The position numbers and the translations under genes are program-made. From the NCBI RefSeq assembly GCF_000002075.1, contig NW_004797287.1, positions 907,900 through 971,899 on the forward strand: 64,000 bases of DNA, given 5' to 3'. The notes beneath the pieces were generated by a model. The model was not told the DNA's origin and did no database searches. It worked only from the letters and a program-made list of their open reading frames with translations. Source of the stretch: Aplysia californica. Lineage: Eukaryota. Of the stretch, positions 1 through 15,503 are shown in pieces (position 1 is the stretch's first letter; the number at the start of each line of letters is the position of its first letter).

Positions 1-94
1 GATGCTATGGCTCTTTCACTTTTCGAATTGACCGAACTACGCGGGTCGAGCCATTTTGTTTTGCCCGAAAGTTCTCGCAAGATCTACTCCTCCC

Positions 95-131
<37 letters not shown>

Positions 132-439
132 CAATTTATTAAATCTGCAACCTGCAATTAGATTACAACTAGATCTAGATTCGAGACTTTAGTAAAGGCA
201 GAGTCCAGGGAAAAACATCAATTAAATTCGTGTGGTGCAGATGAGTAAAGAGAGACCAAAACAATCTCTCTATTGCGACTATCATTGCACATCACTTCGC
301 CTAATACATGTTCCGGTAGATTTAACTACCTATAAACAGATGGAAGTTTGACCCGTGTCAAAGGTTGGGGGTGGCTGACGATTCGGGAGGTGGCTGCGGG
401 TTGACGAAAGGGAAAAGCGCGGCGGAGTGGCCTGGGTAG

Positions 440-922
440 GGGGCTCTCGTGGTCTTGAAGTTAAGGTTTCCGCCTCTCATTCAATAGGTCACGGGTTCGA
501 ACAGGGATAGCGACGAAAAATTTTCTTCTCGAAGATTGTGACTTGTCTCCTTTCATCACTTTTGTTAATTGCTCTCAAACAATGTTCTGTCGTCTGCCTT
601 CGTCTCCACTTTCTGCCCCCGCCCCGTCACCTCCTTTGCTCCCCTCCTCTAAGCTCCTGACTCTTTCTGCAGCCTTTCTATTGCTACTCCTTGCCTCCTT
701 CTTACTTCTGTCTTTCAGCAACACCCCTGATGTTATGGTAGGTAAAATCTAACACCTAGCCTTCTCGGACGAGGGCAAAAAATTCAGGAGGTCCCGTGTG
801 CAAGTTGCGCACGTTTAAGATCCCTTGGTAATCCAAAATCTATGAGAGTAGGCTTCGGCCGCCACCCGGGCGAGCGCGCTCATATGACTTTATGCAGTTT
901 GGGAGCGCTGTAAAACAACACT
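440..922 (+). mobile_element. tRNA-derived SINE (family A), near full length
   Basis: Pol III A-box-like GTGGTCTTGAAGTTAAGG and B-box GGGTTCGAAC; central AGGTCCCGTGTGC..GCACGTTTAAGATCCCT resembling the Meta/MESC SINE domain; 3' stem-loop plus TGTAAAACAAC tail; homologous copies at 36495-36740 and 51837-52208. Confidence 0.8.
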
Positions 923-2228
923 TGCCCCCCCAAAAAAAACATGTAAAAAATATTTATTTATTTATTTTGTGGAGGGAGATTGAGAGATCTTTCATGTATA
1001 TTCTGTTCCTGCATTATTGTTACCATTCTTATTAAACAACAGCATCGACGACGACGACGACAACAACAACAACAGCAACGACAACAGCAACGACACCAAC
1101 ACCAAACCAACAATCAAGAAAAACTCTTTAAATTTCGGTAGTTTTCCCTCGAAACGTTCGGCTTCAGAAGGTTAATTAAATTGAGGACGTTTCCATATTA
1201 TACTTGTATCTCGGTGCTCTGCCGGAATATTTAATGTTTTAATCTTCTACATTAACCCGTCGGTGTTTTGACGTCTGGGTTTGATTTGTCGTGTAATGTT
1301 TTCAACGGATAGCTCAGTACTCGTGCGGGTGGTTGGAGGACGCTACTGGTATGTCCTACTTCTTTATTTTTATTTTTTTTAGCTCCGTTGTTTCTGTCTG
1401 TCTTACTTTTTTCCCAGTACCAACTGACCATTATTAATTTTTTGTGATTCTCGCTGCTTAAATTAATTCAATATTCGTGTTAAACAAACCCGTTTTCCAA
1501 TGAATCTTCAATGTTCTATGCAAGAGTTGACATCATTTGGATCATTCTAGAGGCGGGCTGCGGATGATTTTTGTGCGTGCGTGGGGGGNNNNNNNNNNNN
1601 NNNNNNNNNNNNNNNNNNNNNNNNNNNNNNNNNNNNNNNNNNNNNNNNNNNNNNNNNNNNNNNNNNNNNNNNNNNNNNNNNNNNNNNNCACACACACACA
1701 CACACACACATGCACAAACATGTACACACGCACACACACATACACTCAAGCAGTCTAAATCTACTTTTTAAAACACGCGGATGAACTTTCTTCGAATCCA
1801 ACCTTTTGAGGGTTTTTAAAAATAGGTTTGTTCATGGATTTTTTGTGTGACTATCCACATAGCTATTAAGAATTACGTACCTAGACCATAATGTACCATA
1901 TCACTTCAATAAGATTTACAACCGTCTTGTGATAACAATGCTGAATACGGAATTATTTGTTCAGACGAATCGTTGTACAACGTCCTTGTAATCAATGCTC
2001 ACCATATCCGTTCAAGCATCATTCATAAGACTACACTTTTTTCAGGTTAATAGGGGCCATGTGTTGATGTCTGTGGCTGTGTCTCGGTGCCCGCGCGCCG
2101 TGCGCTCGCGCGTATGTCTGTGTGACCTTTTTCTTTTTTTTTTCGTTCCCCTTATTGTGTACCAGTATGGTTTACGTTTCCTCGTTACTAAATAGCCAGT
2201 ATTGTGTTGACGGTTGTCTCAATACACT

Positions 2229-2680
2229 GGTGGGTCCCCAGGTATGGTTTACTCCTTTCCCCCTATCAAACATCTATCGTTCTATCGGTCCTCTTTCTAT
2301 TTGTTACTCTCATGTAACATCTCTAATCTTCGGCACTTATATGACCGAATTGTGTTGCAAGTGCCGAAAGACACTAGAACGAAAAAATCAAAAAAGTTGC
2401 ACGCCAAGGAACGGGGTCAGAATCATTACAGTTTCACGCAAAAGATGTGAGTTTGACTCCGTCATTATCTACGTCTCTGTCCTGAGATTCTGTGTGAGTG
2501 ATTGGCGGGTGCTCTGGTGTTATTTGATCCGCCTTATCCATCAAGATGTATGTCGTCTTCCTTATCTCTCCTCCTTCTTTTCTTTGTGTGTAACACTCTA
2601 TCTTGGTTCTTATATTATTATTATTATGACCACTTTGTGTTGCAAGCGCCGTAAAAATCGTACTTAAACTAAACTAAAAC
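2229..2680 (+). mobile_element. Two tandem copies of a short retroposon (family B) ending in a CGGCACTT...AAGTGCCG stem-loop and an AAAACT-type tail
   Basis: Same body (CCTATCAAACATCTATCGT..TGTAACA..CTAATCTTCGGCACTT..TGTGTTGCAAGTGCCG) recurs at 35919-36045, 49079-49262 and, inverted, at 43240-43430 and 49890-50093. Confidence 0.65.
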
Positions 2681-3109
2681 GCAAAAAAATCATTCACAAA
2701 GAGACCATCTAAAGCTCCAAGCCTGAGTCATCAGGTATCGCGCAACATCAAAATTACAAAGTTCTGTCTGACATTTTTGGCAGTTTTGAGTAAATAAGGT
2801 CATGAGATCAAAAACTAAGAGGGTGGTTGGAGAGCGCCACTTCTTTTCTTTCCCTCTGTTGTTTCTGCCCCTTTGTCTCCCCCCCCCCCAACACTAATTG
2901 AGCGTTATTGTGTCGATGTGCTTCTCTCTACTCAAGCAAACAAAATTCAAATGAAAATAATTAAATGTTCTGTCTGCTCTGTCAAAACCGTAAGATAATC
3001 CAGAGTCATTATCAAAATATTCAAATAACTGCATTTGAAAAAGCTTGATATGATGTGAAACTCAAAATCTTGGATGTCTAATTTCTGGAAAACTAGGCAC
3101 TGAGCAGAT

Positions 3110-3514
3110 GCGCTCCATGGCGGTGCTACGGACTGTAGTGTCTTTAGGCCATTCTCAAAGGGGAGACATTACCATGTTCTGTTGCACAGTAGAATTGCAA
3201 TTGTAAATGGGCTGATTCATCAATGTCATGCTCAAAACTGTGCTTGGGCTACCAACAGGGAACTGCTGCTTTTCCTTTCCTCATCCTTACTATCGTCATT
3301 TTTCTCAAATTCTTTTGTATGTTTGTCACTCTCTTGTGACCCGTTATTTCCGGGGTGCCTTGATAGTCGAATCAGATTTTGTGCTGTTGAGGCTAGAGAG
3401 GCGAACAGAGTAAGCCAGGTTCTCTGTAAGGACTTCTCTGTTGACATCCACCCCTTGGCGCTCATATGACCTTATGCAGTTGCGGGCTCCGTAAAACCTC
3501 TACTAAAACTAAAA
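3110..3514 (+). mobile_element. Short retroposon insertion (SINE or 5'-truncated LINE 3' end) with 11-bp TSD
   Basis: Flanked by the direct repeat ACTGAGCAGAT (3099-3109 and 3515-3525); ends CCGTAAAACCTCTACTAAAACTAAAA; second copy inverted at 34915-35267. Confidence 0.75.
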
Positions 3515-5887
3515 ACTGAGCAGATAGAACTAAACTGTGTAATTCTGATCTTCTCTTTCACTCAGCACAGCACTATAAGTAGGTGGTTATAGTGCTCTAC
3601 TGGTAGGTCCTGTTCTTTTCCTTTTCTACGTGTACTACCTTTGTGTTTTTTAAAAAAGTGTGTGTTTATCTATCTTGCTTTTTCAAGCACTGCTTGACCC
3701 CCTTTGTGTCAATGTGTTTCTCTTTTCTCAAACTCAAAGTTCCCAAACCTGTTTACTTCTATCTACATGTATTCGTATTTGGCCTGATTTTATTATTAAA
3801 AAAAAAAAAATCCTTCTTGCTTTTTCCAGCACCACATGACCACCGTTGTGTCAATGTGTTTCTTTTTTCTCTAATTCAAAGTCTCAAAAATCGGTTAACC
3901 ATTATCTATTCGTATTTGGCCTGATTTTTTTTCTTCCTTTTTTAACACTATTCTGTCTATACATTATATAGGTGACCGCAGAAGTGTTAAGGCTTGACGA
4001 GATAGGTTTTTTTGGAGGGGGANNNNNNNNNNNNNNNNNNNNNNNNNNNNNNNNNNNNNNNNNNNNNNNNNNNNNNNNNNNNNNNNNNNNNNNNNNNNNN
4101 NNNNNNNNNNNNNNNNNNNNNNCCCCACCAAACACTTTAGTATACGGACCCCCTTTTTCGCTCATAAGGAAAACATCGAGATATGCTGCCTGGCAAATAT
4201 TGAAGGGGCGGATTTCCTGACTGAGCCGAGATGGCCTTTGATGTCTTGGCACCAGACCGACACATCTGATGGCCACGGGAGCTAGGTGGCGTCAAAGCTG
4301 TGTGGACTGCCATTTAGACCAGCCGATACCTGCCACAGGCCTCCTCATGCCCAACTTCCTTCCTCCGCATTTGGTCCCATTAGAGGAGGCGGCGAAACTT
4401 CAAATAGCACGTTCTAGAAGCAGGCCGGTTATAATATTTTTAGAAATATCAGAAGATTCGGGTCAAATCACAAGAGAAAGAAAAACAAACTGTGGACACG
4501 TTCCTCAGAATTACAAAGTGTGAGTTTTCCGTTGGTATGTTTGTTTTTCTACAGCCCCTTAAGGCATGTGTTGGTAAAAAAGAAATCAATAAAAATCATT
4601 TTGGTGGAAATTTTCAATTTTCTTGTATCACGTTTGAGTAAAAACAATCCACTTATATCTTTCTTGTTTGTTTTCATTTTAATATCATAGACATATTGTT
4701 TTTTTTATTTTGCATTGCTTTATTTGTTTCTTATTGATCAATTTGTGCTTTTTTCTATTTTCTTAATTTAAAAAATACTAAGATTAATACTTTATCTTAT
4801 CTTGCCTTATTTCATTTTTATTCCACATTGTTATTCTTACTATCATTTTCATTATTCTCAGTATTATCTTAATTATCACTACTATTTTCATTAATTTGCT
4901 CAGTTATATTGATTTATTTATTCATTCATTGATAAGTATTTCATTCATTCATTTGTTGTTTTTTGCTTTCTTTTCTTGTTTTTTTTGTTTTCCGTTGTTA
5001 GGATGGTTTGTTAGTTTGTTGTTGTGGGTTTTTTGGGTTTTTTTTTGGGGGGGAGCATGTAGTTTCATTAACGAGTTGCAAGTTCCTTCTCACAGCTTTG
5101 TCGCTTGATGTGCACCTCACGGGGAGGTGGGGTTTGTTGGGGAGGGGGAGGGGGGGAATAGAAGTGTCTTGGGGAAGTATTGGTACATATAGTCAAATTG
5201 TCACATTTTGAACGTCTTATACCTTTTACGGTGTGGCTTGTGTACCTCAAAGTACGTGACCAAAATCAAAACGTATTAAGAGTTTGATTTAGAGAAGCCG
5301 TGGATTCTTAACAGATTTAGTGTGACCTGTATGCATCACTAATATAAATTTGTTTTCCCAGTCAGTGGTACGCTAAAACAGACGATTTCACGACAGCCTT
5401 AACTCGTATAATATCTAAATTGTGTCAAGGATAGATAGATGGACAGACACGCAGACAAGAGAACAGACAGACAAACAGACAGACAAACAGACATATGAAA
5501 TTAAACAAAAATGCAGAATGGAACGAAGGATAAATGGATTGATTAATTGATAGACAAAGAAGGATAGAGAGATAGCTATCTCTACGTTGCAGAAATACCC
5601 GCTGTTTTAACTTGATTAAATAGACAATGGGCTTCTCTTTGACCTTTTGGAAACTTCCCCTTTTTCCTGTCCGCCTGTTTTCCAATCTCTTAACAACGGA
5701 TATAAAAAAATATCTCGCAGGAAGCATTTTTAACTCTAAGAACATATACAGCACATAGTGTCCCATCAGCGGCAGATTAAAGGCAAAGTTGCTGCACTTT
5801 TGAACCATTATATTATACAAATCTGAAACATGGATTTTCATCTGCCACAGTAATCAATTCTTATGCTGTCTTTTTTTTTTAGTTTAA

Positions 5888-6120
5888 AGTGCCTAATACC
5901 AGTGTCTGTCGCACACACGAGACCCAAGTCCGATTGACGCGTGGGGGAAAAATTTCATCGAATATCTTGGTTTTTCAGTTTCCCTCTCAGCATGGATTGG
6001 CCCTGAGAGACAGGGTAGGAAGCTTGCCTCCTAAAAATTCTAAATTATATTAATTTCGGTGTAAAAACACCGACATTGAGAAGTACCCCAACACTGCGTG
6101 TCTTCAGGCGTTGTAAAATA
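5888..6120 (+). mobile_element. Degenerate SINE (family C) with CCCTGnCAGnCAGGG core
   Basis: GGGGAAAAATTTCATC...GCCCTGAGAGACAGGG..AAGCTTGCCTCCTAAA matches copies at ~10690-10860, ~10920-11075 and the copy split by the Gypsy element. Confidence 0.5.
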
Positions 6121-6221
6121 AAAAATTGTGACTTAAGTGAGTTAAAGTTACCTTACAGATTAGTTATTAGATTTGTCTACGCCAACGGAAGCTACCAACA
6201 GATCAGATAATAGAGACCACC

Positions 6222-6295
6222 AGTGTACCTAGCGTAATGGTAAGGCTCTTTGCTATTACACACGAAAGACATGAGTTCGATTCTCGTGTTGGAGA
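6222..6295 (+). pseudogene. tRNA-like sequence (Val-like pseudo-tRNA or SINE head)
   Basis: A-box TAGCGTAATGGTAAGG, TTACAC loop, B-box GAGTTCGATTCTC; stems imperfect, so not called a functional tRNA. Confidence 0.45.
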
Positions 6296-9200
6296 ATTCT
6301 GTCTGTCTGTCCATCTATCTGCTCTGTTCTTATATCTTATTTTGCTTGGGTTTGCTCTGATGGGCAGGGTCGAAGAAATCCAAATCGTAAAGAATTTGGA
6401 CTGCAATCGTACCTACTCTTTAATAGCCGAAAGAAAAGTACTCGTAAAAGTAAAAATAATCTATAAAACACTTTCGGTGAGCAAAATTGGAGAAGTAGAA
6501 ATCTACAACAAAACAAAGCTGGCGTTAACTCGTGAAACAAATAGTTTTTCCAAAGTCTTTTTTATAGCTTTTTAAGGGTCTAGGAAGGGGAAGGGGAGGG
6601 AAAGGAGAAGGAAAATTGGAAGTAAGATTTCTCATCGCCCTTCCTTAATAAGGTTGAACTAAAACAAAACAAACGCCCCCCGCCCCCCTATCCTAAACTG
6701 CCTCCAAAAAGCTTTTGTTTTGTTTTTCCTGAGCAGACACAATGCAAATGAACGTCTATGTCCACCTCTAACTTCTCCTTAGAACAAATCGATTCGAACA
6801 AGAGTCCACGATCCAGCTACCTAAATTTCTGCAACTGCTCCTAACAGTTCGTAATTCTGAAACCAAACCAAATCTAGAAACAGCTAAAATAGACGTGTAG
6901 TCTACGTCAGTGTTGTAGATCTATGTCGACAGAACACGGGAAAAAGAACCCACGATTTTCTCACAGCACAAAAAAGACAGGAGACCAGGTGGGAAAATAT
7001 GGACTCCAAAACTTCGTTGGGCTATTTGTTTTTGTTTCAAACTGTACGAGTACCGCGCTCGCACTGCGGATTAGAGGAAAAAACCCAGTTCGGATTTTAC
7101 CAGAGGCGGAAACAAAGAAAATAGAGTTTATGCCGAGAATACCTTTCTTGGGATAGTATCTTTCTTGGGTCGACAGACGAGGATTCGGAAGAAACAGAAA
7201 ACTAGAAACTTTTAGAATAACAGAAGGCTTCACTCTTTTGCCCGCAAAAGGCCTGTTCGTCTGTAACTTTCCTATGTAAAAATCTGAATTTCTCACGCAC
7301 GCGCACAGATACACAGAATGATCCTATCTGGGTTAAACAGAAAAAAAGAAAAACAATCATTGAGGCAGCTCGTCTCTTTGAGCAGCGGAAGAAGAAATAA
7401 CATAATATTTCGGTCGGATCAAAAGAAGGGTAAAAGGAATCTTACGCTATCCGTTCGAAACTTGCTTGACCCACGACGCACTTCCGGGTCTCCATTCTAA
7501 GAGATGATATATCTGGGTCGCCGTGAAATCTTTTACGGACGAATCTTTAGCTTGTTTTAAGAATGGGTGGAAAGGACCGGGGGGGGGGGGGGCAAAAATG
7601 AAGACTATACGTGGTATTGTATTGGAGCAGTCTGTCTACGGAAAAATTGCTTGATAAAAATAGTAAGTGCCTCTGCCTCTATGAATAGATTTTGATTAAT
7701 GTTTCAAGTCTGCAAGTCCATTCAATTTTTTCTCCATTGCAGATCTCAGGGGATATCCGAGTTACACCCTGAAAGGACGCACCACTAGATCTATATTCAC
7801 ATATTCCGTTTCTACCATTCCAAGGTACTCTTTTGCACTTGGGTGTGTTATGAAAAAAAGAATAGAGTATGAAATATGTTTGTCCCATAGGAATCGCGTT
7901 TGGTTGGGAATAGATGTTTGTGTGTGTGTGGGGGGGGGGGGGGGGGAGGGGGGTGTCATTTTGTTATTGTATCTTTTTTTTAACTTGTTTTTTGTGGGGG
8001 TAGGGGGGGTGCTCAATGCCTTTGCACTATGACAATGAAATGAGGATGTAGTACTTCTTAAAAAAATTGCACTGTTTTCACGTTAGTACTTGAAGACTAT
8101 GCATCCAAGAAGCAGGCAATTGTCAAAGTTGGAAGCTCTTTTCTAAACGTAGATTACAGTCGATTAGCTATCCTCTGAACAATGTGATTGTATTTATCTG
8201 TTTTGTCTTTTTTTCTCGCAAAGAGTGAGCTAATTGTGTGCCTGCGGGCTTCTTCCTCGAATAGATCATGTTATTAACAAAGCATTTTTCTTGAGCCACA
8301 AGCACATAAAATTTAACGCATCACATTCTTCATATTCTTGGCAAAAATGTGTAGTCTGAAAAAACTCGAGGGTCCCTGAAGAAAATGAGTACAAAAACAA
8401 TGTTTCACACTATCGGCGTGAGCTAGTCTTTTCCAAATTTGGAAGCCCGTAAAAATTTTTAACTGAAACTAAAGTAAAAATTGGAGCATTTTTTTGACGG
8501 TCTAAAAAAAAATATCTTCCATAATCCACAATCTCTTAATAGATGACATCTTCCCTTTTACCGTCTTTGCTTTACCCACACTTGCCACTGTGGCGCTGTA
8601 CAAGATGTCCAGAAATTTGTTTCCTGGAAGCAATGATTCAGTACAGAAAATATATTTGCAAATCGAGGTTCACCAGATAGGCTTACCGCTGGCTTATAAG
8701 TTCGTTAGTTTACCGATACAAAAATAAATTTAAAAATTAACAACCATATATATTATTATATACGACTCCTTTTCAATAAGTAACAACACGAAGATGCAAC
8801 AGACAGCAATCAGAGTAACACTAACTTCTACTAAGAAAAAGAAAGCAAAAGAAACAAACGTACCCCCCGTCCAAAAANNNNNNNNNNNNNNNNNNNNNNN
8901 NNNNNNNNNNNNNNNNNNNNNNNNNNNNNNNNNNNNNNNNNNNNNNNNNNNNNNNNNNNNNNNNNNNNNNNNNNNNNNNNNNNNNNNNNNNNNNNNNNNN
9001 NNNNNNNNNNNNNNNNNNNNNNNNNNNNNNNNNNNNNNNNNNNNNNNNNNNNNNNNNNNNNNNNNNNNNNNNNNNNCCGAACACTCTCAGACAAAACATG
9101 ATGATATAGAGTTGGACATGTAAATCAGAGGAAATGCGATCTGCGACTAACGTGTCCCGCACCTCACAAACCCTGTGGGACAAGCGTTTCGTTCGGGCTG

Positions 9201-11264
9201 CGTTGTCAAGAATGCGAAAATAGTGCTCCCATCTCTGGCGGAAATAAGATTAAAAGGAAAGCGCTTGGAGCAGATTACTGCAGAGATGTGGTTGATTCAG
9301 GAGACGCGTCCTTGCAAAGGCAGACACTTTTCTGTGGGACAGGAGGAAGGAAAACAAATAAGATGAGACGAAACGCCAGACACATTTCCGAAAATCGATG
9401 TGCTTCTTTTGCCAGCAGGGCGGGAAAGGAAACATCTTGCTGTGCAGAATTTATTACTGTGCACCTAAAGATTTTCTTTTACTGTAAGACAGGAAACTCC
9501 TTTTTTTTTAGATACCAAAAGAAACACAGTCATTCCAAACATTGTTATCTCAGTTTGCTTCGATGCGGATGCCCGTTGTTCGAATCCAAGAAGAAGCTTC
9601 TTGAACGTGTGTTGTCTGGGGAGCTTTTGCGACTTTCCGCCTCTTTGACTCTGGGTCATATTGCTGGGCTCGTCCGTTGGGATACCCTTTATTTAAGTGA
9701 TTTTTAACAGATCTAGACCAACTGCGGTGAAAATGTAACATTAAAGTGAGAACCTAGGGTCTTAGAGTAATTATTATAAGCTGCACAAAACAGCACGTAG
9801 GTAGGCCTTATTATAATATAGATCTATAGCCTATATAAATGTGCAAAGTGTTTTGGTGGAATACAGAAAAGAGTAGCATTGTCCGAATTTGGAAGTAAAC
9901 AAGTGTGATGGGGCTGTATACCATTTCGTGAGAGGAAGCATGCCATTTTTGGGTTGATTGTTTTTNNNNNNNNNNNNNNNNNNNNNNNNNNNNNNNNNNN
10001 NNNNNNNNNNNNNNNNNNNNNNNNNNNNNNNNNNNNNNNNNNNNNNNNNNNNNNNNNNNNNNNNNNNNNNNNNNNNNNNNNNNNNNNNNNNNNNNNNNNN
10101 NNNNNNNNNNNNNNNNNNNNNNNNNNNNNNNNNNNNNNNNNNNNNNNNNNNNNNNNNNNNNNNNNNNNNNNNNNNNNNNNNNNNNNNNNNNNNNNNNNNN
10201 NNNNNNNNNNNNNNNNNNNNNNNNNNNNNNNNNNNNNNNNNNNNNNNNNNNNNNNNNNNNNNNNNNNNNNNNNNNNNNNNNNNNNNNNNNNNNNNNNNNN
10301 NNNNNNNNNNNNNNNNNNNNNNNNNNNNNNNNNNNNNNNNNNNNNNNNNNNNNNNNNNNNNNNNNNNNNNNNNNNNNNNNNNNNNNNNNNNNNNNNNNNN
10401 NNNNNNNNNNNNNNNNNNNNNNNNNNNNNNNNNNNNNNNNNNNNNNNNNNNNNNNNNNNNNNNNNNNNNNNNNNNNNAAGAACGACGTGGCTAAATTCAG
10501 GGTATTCACATTTTTTTTTTTTTGCAACGATAAGACAACGAAGATGTATGCATCTGGGGTGTATTGGAAAGGCTCCGTGTCGTTGCATGCAAATGACGTA
10601 ATATTATGATTTCGATTCGTGCTCGGGGATTTTTTTTTTTTAATCGAGTAACTCCGTCCTACTGCTACGAGACTGTTCCCCCCCCCCCCCTGGTTGGCCC
10701 TGACAGATAGGGTTGAAGCCGGTTTCCTCGATTGTCTCGGTTTTTTTTTTTTCTTCTGCTGGAATGTTGTATATTATCCCCCCCAAACATAGTTAGCCTT
10801 GACAAACAGGGTCGAGGTAGCCCTAAATTGTGTTGGTAGGGGCGTGAAACACCTACATTTCTTTAAAATCCAAGACAAATATCCCCGAAAATATCGATGT
10901 TATAGGCGTAATAATGGGGCTCTGCACCTTTGCACTCACAAAACATTGCGAGTTCGAGTCCAGTGGAGAGAGGCTTTAAAAAAATGAATTATCTCCATCT
11001 TTCAGCGGGAGGGGGGGGTTCTCCTCAACAGAGAGTGGTCCTGACAGGCAGGGTACAAGAAGCCCGCCTCCTAAATGAGCTCAATTGAGCCAATGGCCGC
11101 GTGTGAACAGTTACGATAAGTCATATAGCATAATTTAAATTTTATTTGTTTATCTCTGTAGAAGTGACACGTCTTATGTAGATAGATATCTCTGTTCCCT
11201 TGTAGAAATAATATTGCCTCTTTTTTTCGTTCCAATAATATAACAACTTGGTGGGTTGGTAGCC

Positions 11265-11476
11265 TGTGGTTTTTGTACTGGACCCTTAATAGTGATAGTG
11301 AGATTGTAGATTCAGGGGTTTCACCATAAGCTCGGGCCGACGTCGTGTCTTTGAGAAAGGCACTTTACACGTGTTTCCTATTTTGAGTGTTCCTTTCGGC
11401 GATGGACGTTTAACTCGGAAGTTCTGCCTCTTAAATAACTCAAAAATATTGATAGGGTGTTTAAACCTATCCATTT
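11265..11476 (+). mobile_element. tRNA-derived SINE (family D), degenerate
   Basis: GTGTCTTTGAGAAAGGCACTTTACAC (CORE-like) plus GATGGACGTTTAACTCGGAAG; aligns with the 41180-41400 copy. Confidence 0.65.
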
Positions 11477-13102
11477 TATATCCTTCTCTTCATTGCACCT
11501 TCGAAGTGAGTCGGAGATTTTAAGAGGTCCGTTGTTCCTTCTGCATAAGGAGCAGTTGACTCCTCTTTTAGTAAGGTCTAGGGTTTTACGCTAAACGCTC
11601 TCTGATGTTGAAGATGTCGTTTATTATTGTTTCCCGGTCAGCCTCAGTGCTCATTTTGCATAATTTAACTATCGACTTGTGTTATTAAAAACGTTTTCGA
11701 ATAAATAAAATCTTATTTCAAATTTCACTTCAGTTTTAGACAGCGCCATGTCCCTGCATGAACTATGAATTAAATTTTGACATCCGTTTTAGTCAGTATT
11801 ATGTCATTATCGCAGCTCACTGGCATTATGTCCCTTTACTCTGATTTCTGCTCCGCTCTCATTTAATTTTGTGCCGACCTGTCAAACAAAAAAACTCGTC
11901 CTAACAAATCCGAAAAACACGACGGTGGGGCGTCTAGCTTAGAAAGAACCTAGCCAACTTGCCGGAATATCTTGAAGTCCAAAGGCGTCAAAGCAATTTT
12001 TAAAAAAAATGAAAACAGTGAGACGTGCGGACAAAATGTGTTACTTTTTGGAATTTAGTCCCATGGACTTAGATACGTCACATTTATGCTTAATTATTTT
12101 AGCATTAAATGATTAAAGACATGTTAAACTTAAACAAAATTGTAGCAGTTCAAAATGTACAACTTTGACCTCGGTGTCGATTTGCAGCCGAATATTTCCA
12201 TTTGTGAATTTCAGAAAGTAACTCATTTTTCGAGCGCGTCTCACTCATTGTTTTCATTACACTTTTACCGGAGCGTCGACATGATGCTTTCATCAGCACC
12301 TTCTTGGTGTATCACTCCTGTCGCCCCTTTTCTCTTCAGAGACAGAGTCTGGGACCACCATGAGGGGGCATCCTCGACATTTAGTCGATGCCTTCAGGCG
12401 GAGAGAAAACGGTTGTTGACAACCCATGATTATACTCTCGCAGTGTGTCTAGACACCAACCAAACCAAGAAAAACACAAACAAAAACAAAAAAACAAAAA
12501 CAAAACAAACGATGTTTCTGATTCAGAACAGCACACTTTAGGTCCTGGGAGCCCATGGTTTAGGTACTATTTTTACTTTCTTGTCGCCAAAGGCTGAGAA
12601 CGCAAGGGTTGGTCATTGGTGGTCACTGCAGGCTTGAATTCGATTGAGGAAAGTCATTTCCCGTGTTTACTAAGGGGCACATGGACGTGGGCGACAGCTG
12701 TCTAGTCTGGCGGCAAACTATGTGGAACTTGACAACAGGGAGAAGTTGGAGGTGTTCTCGCATCCGTGTTGATAAGTAATCGGCATTCCCCCAACCCTCT
12801 TTTACGTCAGTAAATCATTATCTAAACTTTTTCTTTTCTTTAGGTACAATAATAATATTCTTTTTAAAAAAATGTATTTAAATTCTAATTTTTTAAATCC
12901 ATATTTCAACTTTGCATATTTTTAACTTGGTAATCTGTGTGTGTGTGGAGCAGTTTGGAGTAGGGTTCATGGTATGTGAAAAGGGCCTCCAAACACAAAG
13001 AAAGTCAAATTCCAACAAAAATCTCCTTATCTCCTTCATAAAGTTTTCTTTTTTACTGTTGGTGCTTTTACACACCTAAACGACATAATTAATTAGATGA
13101 TT

Positions 13103-13425
13103 TTTGTTTTAGTAGAGGTTTTACGGCGCTATCAGTTTGCCATTCATCGATTTGACCCTGATTCCTTTGTTCATTATTAAGGAGAGCGCCCTATTGCGCA
13201 CACGCTTTGTTTACACATTAAATTTGACCATTGGAAGGATTTGACGAAGAGTTGTTTTGACTAAGCATGATTATCCCTTCCAACTTGGACTAAAATTGAT
13301 GCTTTTTTCTATTGGCGTTTTGCCCCCGCCCCCCCCCCCCCCCCCAATCAACCCAGTTTAAATTATTTGAGAGGCGGGCTTTGTCCCTGTCTGCCAGGGC
13401 AGACTCGGTTTGAAAGGGATACGAT
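13103..13425 (-). mobile_element. 3' part of a family-C SINE interrupted by the Gypsy element (5' part at 18365-18480)
   Basis: Joining 18365-18412 to 13362-13425 restores the family-C sequence seen at 5943-6035; tail GCGCCGTAAAACCTCTACTAAAAC at 13106-13129 on the minus strand; B-box-like GAGTTTGATTCC at ~18416-18427. Confidence 0.55.
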
Positions 13426-13547
13426 TGTTGTGTTTACCTCAAGTCCAGATCCGGAACCGGAAGTCTCGCTCACCTTCTTCCTTGGGTCCCCTCGGGTTGC
13501 CAAATTGTCCGTTTGACGTTAGGTGCCAAAGTACACATAATACTATA
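13426..13547 (-). repeat. 3' LTR (122 bp)
   Basis: Matches 18267-18364 with 8 mismatches over 98 bp; immediately preceded (minus strand) by the PPT. Confidence 0.9.
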
Positions 13548-13558
13548 TCTCCCTCCCT
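13548..13558 (-). promoter_or_regulatory. Polypurine tract AGGGAGGGAGA
   Basis: All-purine run directly abutting the 3' LTR on the minus strand. Confidence 0.85.
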
Positions 13559-13772
13559 AAAGTAGTGGTGTCCCTTCATTAAAACTCTCAATATTTGTCT
13601 AGTACCAATGAAATGTAAATCTGGATCTAGATCTATACACTTTGCAAACTGTCTTGTTTGCGCAATAACTCAAAGGCGAAGAGGAAATAAAAGTAGAACG
13701 AAAATGAAAATAAATGTTCAAAGACAAGACTCAACTGCTGTGAGTTGTCCTTATATCTCTCCCTGAGATGTT

Positions 13773-15304
<1,532 letters not shown>

Positions 15305-15503
15305 ATATGTCGGCCATCCAATGTCACAGTATTTGCAAACTTCAGCAATTTCCGCATCGACCTTTTGGTGGAGGATTATTTCTGCAATTCTGCTTGAGGT
15401 TGCTGGAAGTGAGTTAAAGACTTGCTCCTCCGTGGCTTGAACTTCTTCATGAAAATAAATGTTTGCTAAATTGGAGTCACTTGACGGAGCTCTTGAAAGA
15501 GTG

